IMG/VR virus record: IMGVR_UViG_3300045988_156243
Strand: one strand, 5' to 3'
Origin: a virus
Taxonomy: Duplodnaviria; Heunggongvirae; Uroviricota; Caudoviricetes
Length of the DNA stretch: 48,634 nucleotides
Each line of letters opens with the position of its first letter. Position 1 is the stretch's first letter. The translations under genes were made by a program, and so were the position numbers. The notes under the pieces were generated by a model that worked only from the letters and a program-made list of their open reading frames with translations, was not told where the DNA came from and made no database searches. Below, in pieces: positions 44,906-48,634 of the stretch.

Positions 44906-45591
44906 TTGTCGCCTCCTTTACGAATCTGTTCCGCCCATTCCCCAAGAGATTTCTCCGCATATTCACCGGACAGGCCATCAATCGGGTGCGGTTCATTAGC
45001 CAACTCTTCTTTCGCTGACAGAATCATGCGTGTAACGTCGAAAACTTCACGTAAAGACTTATTGATAAATCCGTGGTTGAAAGCAGCAGCAAGACGGCTT
45101 GCGGTATAGTTAATCCCCTCGTTGCGAGCCGCCGCACGAATTTCAGCCAGAAAAGCATCGGTGGCTGGAGTTTCGCTGTGGTGCAGGGCATCGTTGATAA
45201 TCATTGCAGCAACTCCGGCCTGCCCTGCATCCGTGACCGACACATGCTCAAGAGTTACAGCCATTGCATGTTTCAGCCCAGCATTCTCCGCCGCCAGCGC
45301 CGCACGACAGGCCTCCAGTTCAGCAATACGCTTGTTTTGGGCTTCCCGCTCATCCAGTAGTGCCAAAGCAACCTTTGGGTTGAACGCGGCAACATAACGA
45401 GCGTTGTTCTCTGCATTTTTCTGTCCATCAAAGCCGGTCCATTTGATAACGTCTTCACATCGTTCATCACCGGGCGTGTGCACCGCATAAGTACCAGTAT
45501 CCGTCGAAATAAATGCGACCCATTCGTCTGGTGTTGCCTGTTTTGCTATCTCACGCAGCGCCTGATAATTAATTGCTGTGCTGTTAGTCAT
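44902..45591 (-). CDS. Ead/Ea22-like phage protein
   Basis: About 229 aa from ATG at 45591 (the ORF-track 335-aa version overlaps the upstream gene); coiled-coil segment ELEACRAALAAENAGLKHAMA. Confidence 0.45.
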   Translation of the reverse strand: MTNSTAINYQALREIAKQATPDEWVAFISTDTGTYAVHTPGDERCEDVIKWTGFDGQKNAENNARYVAAFNPKVALALLDEREAQNKRIAELEACRAALAAENAGLKHAMAVTLEHVSVTDAGQAGVAAMIINDALHHSETPATDAFLAEIRAAARNEGINYTASRLAAAFNHGFINKSLREVFDVTRMILSAKEELANEPHPIDGLSGEYAEKSLGEWAEQIRKGGDK

Positions 45592-45925
45592 TCCAAGACT
45601 CCATCTCTGTTTCAATTTCTTTATCGATCTCATCGTTTGTGGCTTCTTCATCCAGATGGTCACGAGCCTCTTTACGATACTTTTCTCTATGCGCTTCATA
45701 CCAGTTAGAAAACTCCGGCGACCAGCCTGTGTCCTTGCCGTCGTAGTCAAACTTGGCATTTTTCTCAGCCATGCTTTCAACCATGTTTTCAGCCGTAATA
45801 AGCCCCAATTCACGCATCCCACGCAAAAAACTTTTACGCATGTGAGGGCTAACTTTCGAATCACAAACAGGCTTAAATTTGACTTCCCAACGGCGAATAC
45901 AACGTGCATTAAGTGATTTGTTCAT
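45584..45925 (-). CDS. Hypothetical acidic protein
   Basis: 113 aa; stop 2 nt from the downstream ATG. Confidence 0.45.
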   Translation of the reverse strand: MNKSLNARCIRRWEVKFKPVCDSKVSPHMRKSFLRGMRELGLITAENMVESMAEKNAKFDYDGKDTGWSPEFSNWYEAHREKYRKEARDHLDEEATNDEIDKEIETEMESWND

Positions 45926-45927
45926 AG

Positions 45928-46611
45928 TTATGCTTCCTGAATACGCTTAAACTCAATTACCCATACCCACGGGTTAGATAGCCAGTTCTCTTGCCCGTAA
46001 ATACCGCGCCAGATATCACCAAAGCCAACGCGATAAACAGCTTCCGGTGGCGTAATTTTGTACGTCGCCGGAAATGCGCCTTCCGCTTTCGCATCTGCCT
46101 CGCTAATGTCATGCAGCCGTTCCACACGCACGTCGGTAATTTCCAGCAAAATACGCGAAGCCCAGCGTGGCATGTGAATTGATGGACACCACCCGCCATC
46201 AAACTTTTCATTCACAGTGTGAGGCTTCCAGTCGGCATCATCGGGTATCGACCATAAGCCATAATCCCCCGGTTTTTGCTCACAACTGGCCCGATAAATC
46301 CTTGCTGCGTTCTTCTCATCGCCACGACAAAGGTTGTCGTTCCAGTCCACACTGCAACCATCCTCATTGCCTAATATCGCCCACGCTTCACGGACCCATA
46401 TGCGATCACCAACGTTACCGAACGGGCATAAACCATGTTCAGGTGCATCCATAACGTGGGTATAGACACCATTGCGTTTCTTTGTCGGTTTACGGATAAC
46501 CAGGCAGTTATCGGCCCTGACATTTTTTACAGGTCGGCGAGTCTGCGTCTTCCTTCCTTCGAGGATGGCCCTAACCATATCGTCATTAAAAACAACACCA
46601 CGTTCTTTCAT
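45928..46611 (-). CDS. Hypothetical phage protein (possibly ASCH-like)
   Basis: 227 aa; N-terminal MVRAILEGRKTQTRR recalls conserved phage proteins of that type. Confidence 0.4.
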   Translation of the reverse strand: MKERGVVFNDDMVRAILEGRKTQTRRPVKNVRADNCLVIRKPTKKRNGVYTHVMDAPEHGLCPFGNVGDRIWVREAWAILGNEDGCSVDWNDNLCRGDEKNAARIYRASCEQKPGDYGLWSIPDDADWKPHTVNEKFDGGWCPSIHMPRWASRILLEITDVRVERLHDISEADAKAEGAFPATYKITPPEAVYRVGFGDIWRGIYGQENWLSNPWVWVIEFKRIQEA

Positions 46612-46766
46612 TTAGAAGCCACCTTGTTCAATTTCCGGCGACAAGACACGCAATCATCAGGACTCTCAAAAGTGTCTGGCTCACGGTAATCACCAAAATA
46701 CATCCAACGGCCGCAAATGCTGGTTACTTCACCTTCATTAAAATAATGATGTTTATTCGCCTTCAT
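46608..46766 (-). CDS. Small Cys-rich protein (possible zinc ribbon)
   Basis: 52 aa from ATG at 46766 (MKANKHHYF...CGRW...CVSC); ATGA overlap with the downstream gene. Confidence 0.3.
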   Translation of the reverse strand: MKANKHHYFNEGEVTSICGRWMYFGDYREPDTFESPDDCVSCRRKLNKVASK

Positions 46767-46795
46767 TGGCCTGACCCATCCGGCATTTTTCTTGC

Positions 46796-47161
46796 TCACT
46801 TCAACTCCTCCCGACGACGTTCCTGAAGCTCTAGCATTGCGGCTCGGAAATCCTGCCACCATTCCTCATCTGCAACGGGGGTGTTCCGCTCCAGCACCTT
46901 GTCCGCATCGGCGATCAGGTTTGCCAGACTCTTGTCTGAAATCTTCGTTACCGGAGTCGTTGGTTGCTCAACCTGCCCGATAGGTTTTATCGTGCTCAAA
47001 AGGAGGCGACGGCGGGAAAGTGGTGCCCCACAACGACGGCCATCTTCCTTGCGATATGTTTCTTTCGGACCAACACACCAGGTTGTCGGCGTTTCGCGCA
47101 ACTTCACTCTTTTCTCACCATCATTGGTAATGATTATTCCGGTATGGGTTTTGATGCTCAT
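46796..47161 (-). CDS. Hypothetical protein
   Basis: 121 aa, ATG start overlapping the upstream stop. Confidence 0.4.
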   Translation of the reverse strand: MSIKTHTGIIITNDGEKRVKLRETPTTWCVGPKETYRKEDGRRCGAPLSRRRLLLSTIKPIGQVEQPTTPVTKISDKSLANLIADADKVLERNTPVADEEWWQDFRAAMLELQERRREELK

Positions 47162-47460
47162 GCCACAGCCCCTCTCAACGGCTTAACTTTGGCTAATAAG
47201 GTGTTAAACAACATGGAGTTAGGATTCATGCCAAATGGCAATTCCGGTTTAGCGGAGTAGTACAGGCAACCATTTATTTTCCTGGTTGTTATCTGTCCTT
47301 CGGCAACCATGCTTCTCAGTCTGCAACGCATAGAGTTCTGCGACACACCAATGTGCTCCGCGATTACGTCCACTTTTGAACATGGGTGATCGGTCAGGAA
47401 ATTAATCACATCTTGGGGGTTAATAATTTTGCGTTTCATTGTCGAGGCGTCCTTATACAT
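47158..47460 (-). CDS. Putative winged-helix DNA-binding protein
   Basis: 100 aa; VDVIAEHIGVSQNSMRCRLRSMVAEGQITTRK; AT-rich box immediately upstream (47458-47487). Confidence 0.45.
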   Translation of the reverse strand: MYKDASTMKRKIINPQDVINFLTDHPCSKVDVIAEHIGVSQNSMRCRLRSMVAEGQITTRKINGCLYYSAKPELPFGMNPNSMLFNTLLAKVKPLRGAVA

Positions 47461-47516
47461 TTATATAAATATATAATTCTATATACGGCGGGAGACATCC
47501 CGCCGTAGGCTTACTG

Positions 47517-48584
47517 TCAGGCTTTCAATAGCGATTCTTTCAGATATCGGGCATCAGCCAGGGCATTTGGAGTAATCTTGCGAACCCATGCATTACGGGT
47601 TGGACTCCACTTAAAGGCGCGTGATTTAAGCAGCGAACGAATGTTTGCCTCTGGTTTGCCAGGGAAATAAAACAGGATGCGGTTATCCTCTGGATCTATC
47701 TCCATAGAAAAGTCGTCGTATTCTTCGCGCTGTGCTCCTGTTACAGACTTGACCGATTCAAGCTCCTTAATACGGCTCTGTAGTCGTTTGATCTCGGCGT
47801 TATTGTTGCTCAGTGCGTATGAAGGGAATCCGATGCGCCCACAAAAATCTCCGGCCAGTAACTCTTTGGCTTCGCTTTCTGTAAACCTGAGATCGATTAA
47901 TGCAGAAAGCTGCTGTAATTGGTCTTTTTTGTATTTGCGAATGGCCTTATTTGCGGCCTTCATTTTGACGTGTGACTTCATGCAGCCTTGCAGCTTACGA
48001 AGCAACTTAAATAGCGCATCAGGATCATCAGACGAAATTCCATTACGACCAACACCTGCGGCTTTGCTCTCGTAGTGTGATGCTTTACTTTCGCATTCAA
48101 CAAACGCTTTTCTGAATAACGCATCAGCTTTAGACAAACGGCGGCGATGGCCTTTCGCGCTATAATGGTCAACTAAAATCGGCTGGCCTAACGGGATCAC
48201 ATCCAACAGGTCATGCGCTCGCTTATGCGCTACCGCACCTTCTTTTCTGGCTTTTTCTGCACGAGCAATATATCGGGCAAGACGCGCGTTCTGGCGTTCC
48301 TGATAGGTGTTTACGTAATCATCTCCGCGCTGCTGCTGTTCAAGCCATGCTTTGCGCAGATCTTCTGTTACGTCCACCAGCTCCGCAGGGATACAACCAG
48401 TTTGGGCTTCATAAGAGTAACCATCCTCATAGATGCGCCCATCGTCTTCAACAAAGAAAAAGGTTTCGTGCTCATCGCTTTTGACCATACGACCATTAAC
48501 ATGGCGTAATAGGTAGCCAGTATCAGTGCTTAACAGGCTGTTAGGGTTGTTGATCCAGTCAGAAATAATTACTTGTTTATTCAT
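47517..48584 (-). CDS. Hypothetical protein driven by cassette copy C
   Basis: 355 aa; ATG at 48584 inside the conserved leader; basic and coiled-coil-rich central region. Confidence 0.55.
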   Translation of the reverse strand: MNKQVIISDWINNPNSLLSTDTGYLLRHVNGRMVKSDEHETFFFVEDDGRIYEDGYSYEAQTGCIPAELVDVTEDLRKAWLEQQQRGDDYVNTYQERQNARLARYIARAEKARKEGAVAHKRAHDLLDVIPLGQPILVDHYSAKGHRRRLSKADALFRKAFVECESKASHYESKAAGVGRNGISSDDPDALFKLLRKLQGCMKSHVKMKAANKAIRKYKKDQLQQLSALIDLRFTESEAKELLAGDFCGRIGFPSYALSNNNAEIKRLQSRIKELESVKSVTGAQREEYDDFSMEIDPEDNRILFYFPGKPEANIRSLLKSRAFKWSPTRNAWVRKITPNALADARYLKESLLKA

Positions 48585-48634
48585 CAGATTTCTCCGGTTT
48601 AACCAGGGCGGGTATCGCTCGGTTTCGGGTATAA
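48585..48634 (-). promoter_or_regulatory. Proximal half of conserved promoter-leader cassette, copy C (continues at 1-58)
   Basis: Identical to the leader halves of copies A and B; the window ends inside the cassette. Confidence 0.5.

Noticed and set aside
45591-45909. N-terminal 106 codons of the 335-aa ORF 44902-45909
   Set aside because: This part overlaps the separately supported 113-aa gene 45584-45925 in another frame; the Ead-like protein more plausibly starts at ATG 45591, 2 nt after that gene's stop.

Overview
The window reads as a near-complete, lambda-sized (48.6 kb) temperate phage-plasmid, with no tyrosine integrase or transposase. Plasmid maintenance functions: an IncFII-like RepA (11780-12628) with a candidate antisense RNA and a DnaA-box origin, a ParA/ParG-type partition pair (3901-4861), and a HigB/HigA-like toxin-antitoxin pair (9672-10318). 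Immunity is lambdoid: a CI-like repressor (2642-3298) divergent from a Cro-like gene, with repeated AACCAC-N5-GTGGT operator-like palindromes, plus an antirepressor module (6651-7990). A long minus-strand block carries lysis genes, a tRNA(CAU), an MT-A70 adenine methyltransferase, a ParB/ParB-methyltransferase/ParB trio, lambda-like packaging and head genes (TerS, TerL, gpW, portal, protease, gpD, gpE) and a P2-like contractile tail (sheath, tube, E/E' chaperones, tape measure, D, V, W, J, I, fibre). The tail fibre ends in a Gin/Hin-type invertible segment. The most novel-looking items are a type I toxin-antitoxin-like small ORF/sRNA pair (5112-5651), a ~105-bp promoter-leader cassette present in three near-identical copies (one spanning the window ends), and CI-type operator-like sites at the repA leader and the antirepressor promoter. 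All calls rest on reading the translations and sequence by eye; no database search was run.
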